Part shown: in pieces, positions 29,616 through 38,888 of the stretch
Layout: each line of letters opens with the position of its first letter
Numbering within the stretch: position 1 is the first letter of the stretch
Source: an uncultured Lachnospiraceae bacterium
GTDB taxonomy: Bacteria > Bacillota > Clostridia > Lachnospirales > Lachnospiraceae
Assembly: GCA_947177465.1 (NCBI GenBank)
Contig: CAMWUP010000001.1
Coordinates: forward strand, 1-42,078
Direction of reading: 5' to 3'
DNA length: 42,078 bases
The notes under the pieces: model-generated
What the model was told of the DNA's origin: nothing
The model's database searches: none
The model's input: only the letters and a program-made list of their open reading frames with translations
Program-made: the position numbers and the translations under genes

Positions 29616-30371
29616 ATGGGTTTATACGATGAAGTAGTAGAAGTACCTAGAAGAACGATGGTATTGTTCTTTGTGGTTGATACGTCAGGTAGTATGACTG
29701 GTGCAAAGATAGGAACTGTTAATTCAGCAATCGAAGAAATTATACCGGAATTAAAAGATATTTCAGAATCTAATGCAGATGCGCAGATTAAGGTAGCAAC
29801 ATTAGTATTTTCTACAGGGGCACATTGGGTAGATAGTGCTCCGGTTGCCGCTGAAAATTTCAGATGGAATTATTTAGATGCAAATGGTGTAACTGACTTG
29901 GGAGAAGCATGCATGCAGTTGAATGAAAAATTATCAAGAAACGCATTCATGAGTGATGCAACTGGTTCTTTTGCTCCGGCTATTTTCTTGATGTCAGATG
30001 GCGAACCAACTGATAATTACAAGTATGGATTAGAAAAATTAAAACAGAATAATTGGTTTAAAAAAGCAATCAAAGTTGCAGTTGCAATTGGTGATGATGC
30101 AAATAAGACAGTATTAGCAGATTTCACAGGTAACATTGAAGCAGTAATTACTGTACATACGCCAGAAGCACTCAAGAAATGGATTCAGTTCGTAAGCGTT
30201 CGTGCATCAGAAATTGGAAGTAAGAGTTCAAATGCAGGAACTGGTTCAAGCGATGCCGGTTCAGAAATAGTAAGTAAGCAAGATGAGTTTATTAAAGAAA
30301 TTAAGACTCAGACAGAAACAGCGGAAGCTGCTGAGTGGGATTCCTTTGATGATGATGGTATGGTTTGGTAA
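29616..30371 (+). CDS. terY: TerY-like vWA domain protein
   Basis: DTSGS MIDAS, GVTDLGEA, SDGEPTD, AVAIG. Confidence 0.88.
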   Translation: MGLYDEVVEVPRRTMVLFFVVDTSGSMTGAKIGTVNSAIEEIIPELKDISESNADAQIKVATLVFSTGAHWVDSAPVAAENFRWNYLDANGVTDLGEACMQLNEKLSRNAFMSDATGSFAPAIFLMSDGEPTDNYKYGLEKLKQNNWFKKAIKVAVAIGDDANKTVLADFTGNIEAVITVHTPEALKKWIQFVSVRASEIGSKSSNAGTGSSDAGSEIVSKQDEFIKEIKTQTETAEAAEWDSFDDDGMVW

Positions 30372-30385
30372 AGGAGGGAATTGCT

Positions 30386-31738
30386 ATGAATGCAAAATCC
30401 TTCAATTTATCAGTTCAGGGAGCCAGTCACATCAAGAAAAACAAAGAATGTCAAGATGCGTCAAGAAGTTATAGTGATGAAAATATAGCACTTGCCATAG
30501 TTTGTGATGGACATGGCGGCGATGATTATATGCGTAGCGCAGTTGGGTCAATGTGTGCTTGCAGCGCGGCTGAAAGAAATATAAAGAGTTTTTTGGAGAA
30601 CACAAGCAAAGAGGCTTTCTTTGCAGGTCCGGAAAAATTACTGAATAATTTAGAAGCTAGCATTATAAATGTGTGGAATCAATTAATATATGCACACTAT
30701 GAGAAGAATCCTTTTTCAGAGTCAGAATTAAGCGGAATATCGGAAAAGGCCAGAAAGAAGTATGTAGAAGATGAACGTATTGAAAGTGCATATGGTACTA
30801 CACTGATTGCTGCAGCTATGACACATGAGTATTGGTTTGGTATTCACATCGGCGATGGAAAGTGCGTTGCAGTAAATCAGGAAGGTAAGTTCGTACAACC
30901 GATACCTTGGGATCAAAAATGTTTTTTAAATGCAACTACGTCAATTTGCGATTCTGATGCTTTAAGCAGCTTTAGGCACTTTTATTCTGAAAAGTTGCCC
31001 GTTGCTGTTTTTGTTGGTTCAGATGGTATAGATGATTGTTTTAGTAATAATGAGCAATTGCATAATTTGTATAAGACAATTCTGTATTCATTTGGGACAT
31101 CTGAATTTAAAGAAGCGTTAGATGGATTGAAAGATTATTTGCCACGCTTGTCTGCCAAAGGCAGTGGAGATGATGTCTCTATTGCAGCTGTGTTGGATTT
31201 TGATTTAGTTCCAGAACTGGAAGTAGTAAAAGAATTTGATCGAGATAAAGAAAAAGCACGTGTTGAAGAAAAAGCGCGTAAAGAAGCAGAGAAGAATGAA
31301 GCAGAAAAAAGAAGAGTAGAGCAAGAGCATGCACAATTCCAACGAGAAAATAATTTTCGGGGAAAAACCGAAAATAAGCCGAAGTTTTGTACTGAGTGCG
31401 GTGCTAAACTCTCGGAGGGGAATAAGTTTTGTAGTGAGTGTGGCGCAAAAATTGTACCAGTTGCCGGAAAGGTTGAACCAAACAATGGTAATAGACAGAT
31501 ACAATTATTTCCTATAAAGCGTTATCAGAGTGAAAATACTACGGAAACTGTAGAAGGTACTCAGGTAGTAGAAGATAAGTCTGCGGATGTTAATAATTTG
31601 AATACAGACAAAAATGCCATAGCGGATGAAAATGTGAATAGTGAACAGCAAGAAGAATCTTGTGTAGAAACTAGTAGCATAGAAGATGACCTTGTTTCTA
31701 AGGAAATTACGGATGATGTTCAAACTTTTGGACAATGA
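30386..31738 (+). CDS. PP2C-family phosphatase with coiled coil, double Zn ribbon and acidic tail
   Basis: CQDA, CDGHGG, GTTL, IGDG, SDG, DDVS; FCTECGAK..FCSECGAK. Confidence 0.9.
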   Translation: MNAKSFNLSVQGASHIKKNKECQDASRSYSDENIALAIVCDGHGGDDYMRSAVGSMCACSAAERNIKSFLENTSKEAFFAGPEKLLNNLEASIINVWNQLIYAHYEKNPFSESELSGISEKARKKYVEDERIESAYGTTLIAAAMTHEYWFGIHIGDGKCVAVNQEGKFVQPIPWDQKCFLNATTSICDSDALSSFRHFYSEKLPVAVFVGSDGIDDCFSNNEQLHNLYKTILYSFGTSEFKEALDGLKDYLPRLSAKGSGDDVSIAAVLDFDLVPELEVVKEFDRDKEKARVEEKARKEAEKNEAEKRRVEQEHAQFQRENNFRGKTENKPKFCTECGAKLSEGNKFCSECGAKIVPVAGKVEPNNGNRQIQLFPIKRYQSENTTETVEGTQVVEDKSADVNNLNTDKNAIADENVNSEQQEESCVETSSIEDDLVSKEITDDVQTFGQ

Positions 31739-31820
31739 AGAGACGGTAACTGAAGTAGAAAATTCGGAAAATAAGGTTGTCGGAATTTTGGCAGAAGAAA
31801 TAATTCAAGAAACACAGAAA

Positions 31821-31855
31821 GCAGATATATCTATTTCGATATATCTGCATTTTTT
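31821..31855 (+). terminator. Intrinsic terminator-like hairpin inside the island
   Basis: GCAGATATATC-TATTTC-GATATATCTGC followed by ATTTTTT. Confidence 0.65.
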
Positions 31856-31870
31856 GATATGGTGAAAATT

Positions 31871-33445
31871 ATGAGATGCCCAAAATGCGGAAAAGAGCGT
31901 AATGAATCAAACTCCATTGCCAATCATGCATATATATGTCCATCTTGCGGCGACAGTTTTAGCGGGGCTGGAAACGATAGAGAAGATATAAAAGAGATAA
32001 TTAAAAAACTAGTAGAACAATATGGAGTTGAAGTTTTAGAAAATATTAATAGGATGAATGCGTTGTTAATGGATTATGCGCCGCATTCTGACAAGGAAAG
32101 AAAATTAGTAGTAATGGTTATGCGGGAAGGAATTGTTACTCAGTTAATGAAAGCTGCTGATGAAAATGAAAATATTCAAAAGCTAAAAATAAATAGATGC
32201 GTAAATCAACTGGTAGAAAGTATTTGGATTACTGAAACTGCTGCAAAATATGCAGTATCAGTTTTAGCAACTGCAATAGGTATAAAATTTGGTGTTGATA
32301 TCAATGACCAGGCAGTTGAAGAACAGCATGATTTGGCGGGAAAAGTATCAAATAGCACTGAGAAAATACTGACAAAAGAGGATAGAGTTACCTCAGAAGA
32401 CGCAATTCAGTATGCATTAAAGGATAGCGCTGCCATTGGATATAAAGCGTTTGCGGCAAATTCGAGTATTAAGCATTTGGTATTGCCAAAGAATGTTAGA
32501 GCTGTATATCCCAAAGCATTTTTGAATTGTATTAATCTGAGCAGTATTACATTACCAAGAGAGATAAAGAGTATAGGAATATGTGCTTTTGAAGGATGCA
32601 GCTCTCTTACGAAAATAGAAATTGCTGATGGTCAATATTATAGAGTGATAGAAGGCGTATTGATTGACAAGATTAATAAAAAAGCATTGAGAGTTGAAAA
32701 TGACGCCAGCAAAGAAAAAGTAAATATAGTTAATGGTGTATTAACGATATGCAAGAAAGCTTTCGACCGTTGTCCGGTAAAATGCATAGGTATTCCAACA
32801 TCGGTTGAATACATAGAAGAAAATGCTTTCTTTTTGACACAAAATTTAGAAAGGTTCGAAGTAGATTCAAAGAACACAAATTTTAAGGTATATGACGGTG
32901 TTTTGCATAATAGAGCTGCTTCGATACTTGTAAAGTATCCGCAGGGAAAGAAAGATATTGGTTATTATTTGGAAGATACTGTGAAAGAAATCGGAATGCA
33001 GGCATTTAGCTGCGCACAAAACATTCAAACAATTACATTTAACAGTTCTTTAAAAATAGTGGGAAATAGGGCGTTTGAATATTGCACCAATATAGAAAAT
33101 ATAATGTTGCCAGGAAATGTAGAAATTATAGGCGATAGAGCATTTCAATATTGTGAAAAAATGCGAAGTGTAATGTTGTCTGTAAATATTCAGGAAATAG
33201 GCGATTCTGCATTTTACAATTGTATCTCATTAGAAACTATCAGTATTCCAAAGAATGTTAGAAAGATTGGCAATTTGGCATTTACCAATTGCAATAAATT
33301 GAAAACGATAACAGTACAAGAAAATATAGCGTTTGTGGGTGATGGAGCTTTTGCCGGTTGCGAAGGTGTTGTGATATTAATAAAAAATAATCCCTATATG
33401 GAAACGTATTGTCGTTCCAGAGGAATTAAATTTACCAATATATAA
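31871..33445 (+). CDS. Zn ribbon + helical domain + BspA-type leucine-rich repeat protein
   Basis: CPKC..CPSC N-terminus; repeated I.LP..V..IG..AF..C..L units; no signal peptide or TM seen. Confidence 0.88.
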   Translation: MRCPKCGKERNESNSIANHAYICPSCGDSFSGAGNDREDIKEIIKKLVEQYGVEVLENINRMNALLMDYAPHSDKERKLVVMVMREGIVTQLMKAADENENIQKLKINRCVNQLVESIWITETAAKYAVSVLATAIGIKFGVDINDQAVEEQHDLAGKVSNSTEKILTKEDRVTSEDAIQYALKDSAAIGYKAFAANSSIKHLVLPKNVRAVYPKAFLNCINLSSITLPREIKSIGICAFEGCSSLTKIEIADGQYYRVIEGVLIDKINKKALRVENDASKEKVNIVNGVLTICKKAFDRCPVKCIGIPTSVEYIEENAFFLTQNLERFEVDSKNTNFKVYDGVLHNRAASILVKYPQGKKDIGYYLEDTVKEIGMQAFSCAQNIQTITFNSSLKIVGNRAFEYCTNIENIMLPGNVEIIGDRAFQYCEKMRSVMLSVNIQEIGDSAFYNCISLETISIPKNVRKIGNLAFTNCNKLKTITVQENIAFVGDGAFAGCEGVVILIKNNPYMETYCRSRGIKFTNI

Positions 33446-33544
33446 GAAATGTTCTCAATCGAGAGTCAATCAGGGATTCAGCAGGAGTTTATCAAGGTTT
33501 ATTGCTACTGGAAATGGATAAACGAAATGGGAGTGTGAGGTAAT

Positions 33545-34615
33545 TTGAAAAACGAGAGATATTACTATGGGATAATGTCAATGGAAGAGAAGAAAGCATA
33601 TAAAATGGTGTATGATGGGTTGAAAATGCGCGCTTTTAACATTGTAGTATCGTTATACCTTCGCCCTGAACAAGTGCAGGAAATATATCTTAAAGTGCTG
33701 TACGACAATCCATTATTTTTTTATATTAACCAAACAGTTATTAAAATGACCGGAGAACCGGGATATTGGATTCTGTTACCGGAGTATTTGTTTGCAAATA
33801 GAGAGATAACGACGATTACAAATGATATTCATAGGATTGTTAATAAAGTTGCTGTGAAAGCACAAACAATGCGTTCAAATGAATTTAGACTCGAAAAATA
33901 CTTACATGATACCGTAGTAAAAAGCGTAGCGTATGATTACGATGCATTGAAAAAGACAGATTGTTTTAACGCACATTCCATAGTGGGTGCATTTCTGGAA
34001 AATAAAGCAGTATGCGAAGGGATTGCAAAAGCGTTTAAACTGTTATGCAATGAGTTTGGAATAAAGTGTATTGTTGTGTTGGGGAAAGTAAATAAAGAAG
34101 GAGATTTTAGTGGCGACGATTACCATGCATGGAATTTAGTTAAGATTGGTAATGAGTCATATCATGTAGATGTTACATGGGATAATTTATATGATACAGA
34201 TATTCGTCATATTAGTTACGATTATTTTAACGTAACGACGAAGGATATTCTATTGGATCATCAGCCCCTTGAGGATAATCTTCCAATATGTAATTCTACG
34301 AGGCTGAATTACTTTTATAGCACAAAGAGCTTTGTGAGTACATACTCGGAATTGGTGGAATTAATATTTACCCGCTTTAATGCGAAGGAGATAATGTTTC
34401 GGGCAAGTAAAGATAAAGGTGAATTTCAGTTGGCGGATGAATTGAAAGAGAAAACGGTTACAGCATTAATGCATGTAATGTTCACAAAAGGTAATATTAA
34501 GCCTTTTGCATTGATGTTTAATGAAATACATAACATCGCTAAAATTGTATTTGTGCCTAAAGAGAAGATGAAAATAGATTTGGTTAAACATAATATTCCT
34601 TTGCAAGGAACATAA
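33545..34615 (+). CDS. Transglutaminase-like (papain-fold) protein
   Basis: AVCEGIAKAF (Cys), HAWNLV (His), VDVTWD (Asp). Confidence 0.88.
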   Translation: MKNERYYYGIMSMEEKKAYKMVYDGLKMRAFNIVVSLYLRPEQVQEIYLKVLYDNPLFFYINQTVIKMTGEPGYWILLPEYLFANREITTITNDIHRIVNKVAVKAQTMRSNEFRLEKYLHDTVVKSVAYDYDALKKTDCFNAHSIVGAFLENKAVCEGIAKAFKLLCNEFGIKCIVVLGKVNKEGDFSGDDYHAWNLVKIGNESYHVDVTWDNLYDTDIRHISYDYFNVTTKDILLDHQPLEDNLPICNSTRLNYFYSTKSFVSTYSELVELIFTRFNAKEIMFRASKDKGEFQLADELKEKTVTALMHVMFTKGNIKPFALMFNEIHNIAKIVFVPKEKMKIDLVKHNIPLQGT

Positions 34616-34659
34616 GATTGCTGCGATTGATTGGAATGGCAAGAAGGAGAAGATAAATA

Positions 34660-35412
34660 ATGTATACATGGTTCACAGATTTAGATAATACATTGATTTA
34701 TTCTCATAGAACCTCGTTTACCCAAAAAAAAGTACTTGTAGAGTATTTGAGAGGAAAAGAGCAAAGTTATATGACACAAAAGACTTATAACTTTATGTGT
34801 GGTAACAACATTCAGTTTATTCCTATAACGACAAGGAGTGTAGAACAATATAAAAGACTGTTCGTATTTGGGAAAGAAATTAAGGTTAGACATGCACTGG
34901 TCTGTAATGGGGCTGTTTTATTGGAAGATGGAAATCCTGACGAAGAATGGACTAACGAAACGAAGGTGATTGCGCAAGAAGGAATCCATGCTGTATCAAA
35001 GATTCAAAAGGATTTATCTGAATATAACGTCACTAATGTTGAAGGGATAATGCTGTATTTCAAAACGGATAAACCAATAGAAGCTGCAAATATACTTCGC
35101 AGCAAATATGCGGAACAGAAAGTATACATAGGATTTGATAAGAGAAAGGTATATATTGTGCCTTCTGAAATGAATAAAGGAAGTGCAGTACATCGTTATT
35201 GCAATAGATATGGAATAACTAAAACGGTTTCGTCTGGCGACAGTGAATTTGATATATCCATGCTTGAAGCTACAAACGTATGTATGTGTCCCAACACTTT
35301 ATTGGGCCGATTATGTTCAGATTCAAAGAAATATGCAATGGGAGATAATCAAATCATTTCAGATGATATATGCGAGCGATTAAAGATTATTATTGAGGAG
35401 AACAAATTATGA
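34660..35412 (+). CDS. HAD-superfamily phosphatase (Ter-associated)
   Basis: DLDNTLIYS, TTRS, NG, NKG, GDSEFDISML. Confidence 0.9.
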   Translation: MYTWFTDLDNTLIYSHRTSFTQKKVLVEYLRGKEQSYMTQKTYNFMCGNNIQFIPITTRSVEQYKRLFVFGKEIKVRHALVCNGAVLLEDGNPDEEWTNETKVIAQEGIHAVSKIQKDLSEYNVTNVEGIMLYFKTDKPIEAANILRSKYAEQKVYIGFDKRKVYIVPSEMNKGSAVHRYCNRYGITKTVSSGDSEFDISMLEATNVCMCPNTLLGRLCSDSKKYAMGDNQIISDDICERLKIIIEENKL

Positions 35413-36374
35413 ACTTAAAAAAAGAATGCTATGAGGTAGGGGCTTTGCTCTACGCCCCTGCGTTAAATGATACTGTTGTAAAATCAATTGTGAATGAAAA
35501 ATTCGGTAATAAATATTCAATGGCATTTTGTTTGGAAGATACAGTATCGGATGCTGCAGTAGATGCTGCAGAAAGGCAATTAGTTGATACATTAAGACAG
35601 ATACACTGTGCTTGTAAGACGAAAGAGTTCTATTTGCCTATGATATTTATCAGAGTGAGAGAGCCGGAACAAATACTTAGACTAATGAACATGTTGAATG
35701 ATTCAACGGAGATTTTGACGGGATTTATATTTCCTAAGTATTCATTGGACAATGCTAAGAGTTACAACGATATTATGAAAAATATTAATATGTCCAGTGA
35801 TAGAGTGTATTATATGATGCCTATTTTAGAGAGTAAGGATATTATTGACTATGCTACAAGAAAAGAAATATTACTTCAGATTAAAGAGCATGTTGACGAG
35901 GTAAAAGAATATGTTCTTAACGTTAGAGTCGGTGGTAATGATTTCAGTAATGAATTTGCAGCCAGAAGGCATTACGATCAAAGTATATATGATATAAAAC
36001 CAATTGCTAATCTGCTGGGAGATATCCTGACTGTATTTTATAGGGAATACATTCTGTCAGGACCGGTATGGGAATTCTTTTCCAGTGATAACAATGAATG
36101 GAAAGAAGGTTTAATTAAGGAATTAGCTTTAGACAGATTAAATGGTTTTGTGGGAAAAACAGTTATACATCCAAAACAAATTGCGGTTGTTAATGAAGCA
36201 CTTAAAGTATCTCGAAAGGATTATGAGGATGCCAAAGCGATTATGAATTGGGATGATAAAAATTCTATGTGTGTGTCAAAAAGCTTTGGCGGAGAGCGAA
36301 TGAATGAATTGAAGACACATGGAAACTGGGCGGCAAAAACACTTATATTGGCAGAAGTATATGGAATAAACTAA
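35409..36374 (+). CDS. HpcH/HpaI aldolase / citrate-lyase-like C-C bond lyase (Ter-associated)
   Basis: GALLYAPA, CLEDTV, FIRVR, MPILES, RVGGND, GKTVIHPKQ, MNELKTH.NWA. Confidence 0.9.
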   Translation: MNLKKECYEVGALLYAPALNDTVVKSIVNEKFGNKYSMAFCLEDTVSDAAVDAAERQLVDTLRQIHCACKTKEFYLPMIFIRVREPEQILRLMNMLNDSTEILTGFIFPKYSLDNAKSYNDIMKNINMSSDRVYYMMPILESKDIIDYATRKEILLQIKEHVDEVKEYVLNVRVGGNDFSNEFAARRHYDQSIYDIKPIANLLGDILTVFYREYILSGPVWEFFSSDNNEWKEGLIKELALDRLNGFVGKTVIHPKQIAVVNEALKVSRKDYEDAKAIMNWDDKNSMCVSKSFGGERMNELKTHGNWAAKTLILAEVYGIN

Positions 36375-36392
36375 TAGAAATGAGAGTGTGTG

Positions 36393-37523
36393 ATGTTTGA
36401 GATTGAGCAACTAGTAAATTTGGCAAAGAGAGAAAACAATTCAAAAAGGTCATATCTTTATGTGAATCCTTTACAAGGAAAACATATTCCTGTGAATCCT
36501 TGTCACACAAAAGAAATGTGTAAAGCCCTTGCTGGTGAAGTGGCAAAACGATATTCAAAAGAAAAACTGTTTATTATAGGATTTGCTGAAACTGCGACAG
36601 CAATAGCAGCGTATGTTGCAAGTTTTTTGGATAACGCTGTGTACATCGAAAATACAACTAGAGAGAAAGAAATAGAGGGTGAAGAATACCTGTATTTTAC
36701 TGAATCACATAGTCATGCTACGGAACAAAAAATAGATGCAAAATGGTTTGACGACTATCTATTTATGGTTGATAGAATTGTGTTTGTGGAAGATGAGGTA
36801 ACTACAGGAAATACGATTTGTAAATTGATAGCAGAGATTAAATCTAAATTTCCGAAGAAAAAAATATGTTACTCGATTGCCGCTATATTAAACAGCATGT
36901 CAAATAAAAGGGTTCGGGAGTTATATAGCGAGGGTATAGATTGCTTTTTCCTCAGAAAGATATCATTTGAATATAAAGCAGAAACGATTAATGCATATGA
37001 AGATAAAGATGCATGTATGCAAAGTTGCCTTGAAGATTCATATAATAATTTATTTAATATAAATAAAGTTGTTGGAGGAGTAAATCCAAGAAAAACGTGC
37101 AAAGTTGACGACTTTATTATGCGAACAAATCATTTCTGCACATATATATATGAGAAAGAATTTAAAAATAATATATTTGATGAAATCTTGGTAGTTGGAA
37201 CGGAGGAGTTTATGTATCCGGCGATTGAACTGGCAGGATATTTACAGGAAAGAAGGGTGTGTAAAGAGATAAGAACACATTCTACAACTCGAAGTCCGAT
37301 TATGGCATTTAGTAATGAAGAGTATCCGCTGCACAATCGTCACAAACTTATAAGCGTGTATGACGATGCGCGTGTAACATATATATATAATTTGAAGAAA
37401 TATGATAAGGTGATAATTGTGACAGATTCAGAGCTGACATCGTATAAAGGTTTAAGAAGTCTGATGTCGGCTTTGGAGAAGGTAGGAAATAACGATATCT
37501 CTGTATATCAATGGAGCGTTTAA
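36393..37523 (+). CDS. Phosphoribosyltransferase with TRSP domain (Ter-associated)
   Basis: GKHIP, IGFAETATA, HSHATEQ, VEDEVTTGNT, GTEEFMYP, TTRSPI. Confidence 0.9.
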   Translation: MFEIEQLVNLAKRENNSKRSYLYVNPLQGKHIPVNPCHTKEMCKALAGEVAKRYSKEKLFIIGFAETATAIAAYVASFLDNAVYIENTTREKEIEGEEYLYFTESHSHATEQKIDAKWFDDYLFMVDRIVFVEDEVTTGNTICKLIAEIKSKFPKKKICYSIAAILNSMSNKRVRELYSEGIDCFFLRKISFEYKAETINAYEDKDACMQSCLEDSYNNLFNINKVVGGVNPRKTCKVDDFIMRTNHFCTYIYEKEFKNNIFDEILVVGTEEFMYPAIELAGYLQERRVCKEIRTHSTTRSPIMAFSNEEYPLHNRHKLISVYDDARVTYIYNLKKYDKVIIVTDSELTSYKGLRSLMSALEKVGNNDISVYQWSV

Positions 37524-37524
37524 A

Positions 37525-38574
37525 ATGAGAAGTACATATAACGAAGAGGATGTAACTTTACTACTAAAGGATATATCCGGTTTGGTTGAGCCGTTAGAAG
37601 CCAAAGAACGGGAGAAGTTAATACAAGCAGGAACTCATTATTGTGAGATGTTGCCGATGGAATATAAGCCATCAGAGAAGTACATAGAAATATACAACAA
37701 AGGGTTAAGTATATTTGCCCAATCTACTGCTGATGCAGTAGCAAGGGTTGCTGAGGATATATATAGGAACAAAGGGCAGAAGGTTGCAATAATCTCGCTT
37801 GCAAGGGCAGGAACATCAATAGGAGTGCTGATTAAGCGTTATCTGAGAAACAAATATAATATTGACGTTGCTCATTATTCTATTTCGATTATTAGAAATA
37901 GAGGCATTGATAAAAATGCAATGAATTACATATTAGAGAGACATTCTGGTACAGATTTGCAATTTGTAGATGGATGGGTGGGGAAGGGAGCTATCTTTAA
38001 TGAATTAGTAAATGCTTTGAAAGATTTTCCAAATGTGGATAGTTCTCTTGCGGTTTTGGCAGATCCTGCTAAAGTTACTGCTTTGTGCGGAACACATGAA
38101 GATATACTTATTCCAAGTTCATGCCTGAATAGTACCATTTCTGGATTGATAAGCAGAACCTTTTTAAGAAAAGATATTATAGAAGAAACAGATTTTCATG
38201 GAGCAGCTTTCTATTCAGAATTGCGTAACGAAGATAGAACATATGAGTTTATTGGTATGATAGAAAAGTGTTTCAAATATGATTTGGTTAGTATTGAGCA
38301 TACTGTTGATAAAAGTGGAATTAATGAAGTTGAAAGACTTAAGAATATATATCATATTATCAACGTGAATTTAATAAAACCAGGGATTGGTGAAACAACA
38401 AGAGTATTGTTACGAAGAGTTCCGTCGAAGGTATTAATTGCCGAGGACTATAAAGATTCCATTGAGTTAGAGCATATTATTCAACTTGCAAAAGAGAAGG
38501 AGGTTGATATAGAGTATGGTCGACTGAATAGCTATAAATGTTGTGGAATAATTAAAGACTTAGCAGATGCGTAG
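37525..38574 (+). CDS. StiP-like PRTase-fold protein with PELOTA RNA-binding domain
   Basis: HYCEMLP.EY, SLARAGT.IG, FVDGW.GKG, LIPS..LNST.SGL.SR, KPGIGETTRVLLRRVP. Confidence 0.88.
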   Translation: MRSTYNEEDVTLLLKDISGLVEPLEAKEREKLIQAGTHYCEMLPMEYKPSEKYIEIYNKGLSIFAQSTADAVARVAEDIYRNKGQKVAIISLARAGTSIGVLIKRYLRNKYNIDVAHYSISIIRNRGIDKNAMNYILERHSGTDLQFVDGWVGKGAIFNELVNALKDFPNVDSSLAVLADPAKVTALCGTHEDILIPSSCLNSTISGLISRTFLRKDIIEETDFHGAAFYSELRNEDRTYEFIGMIEKCFKYDLVSIEHTVDKSGINEVERLKNIYHIINVNLIKPGIGETTRVLLRRVPSKVLIAEDYKDSIELEHIIQLAKEKEVDIEYGRLNSYKCCGIIKDLADA

Positions 38575-38590
38575 GAGGTAATGATAATAA

Positions 38591-38842
38591 ATGAAGTTTA
38601 GTATTGTAAAGAATGATAAGAGTACATATTGGGATGAGGTAATATTAGGGTTAATGTCCTTCGGCGGTTTGGCGATTGGAATTATGTTGATTATATTAAA
38701 GCCAAGTTTTTGGGTTATTGACTCAAGTTTATTTGTTGTGTTTGGAGTACTGATAGCAATGTTGGGATTTATGTTTGCGCCATGTTTCATATATAGACTT
38801 TTGACTAATGATAAAAAGAATTCGAATAAGAAATCTTCATAA
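38591..38842 (+). CDS. Small two-TM membrane protein
   Basis: Two hydrophobic stretches, basic tail, AGGAGG RBS. Confidence 0.75.
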   Translation: MKFSIVKNDKSTYWDEVILGLMSFGGLAIGIMLIILKPSFWVIDSSLFVVFGVLIAMLGFMFAPCFIYRLLTNDKKNSNKKSS

Positions 38843-38850
38843 TGGAAAGG

Positions 38851-38888
38851 TGGGAGAGCACCAACACCATCCGGTCAGTGCTCTTCCA
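38851..38888. terminator. Hairpin between convergent operons
   Basis: TGGGAGAGCAC/GTGCTCTTCCA stem, long loop. Confidence 0.4.

Noticed and set aside
32420-33370. LRR repeats as a diversity-generating or shufflon target
   Set aside because: Repeats are protein-level and degenerate in DNA; no reverse transcriptase or invertase in the window
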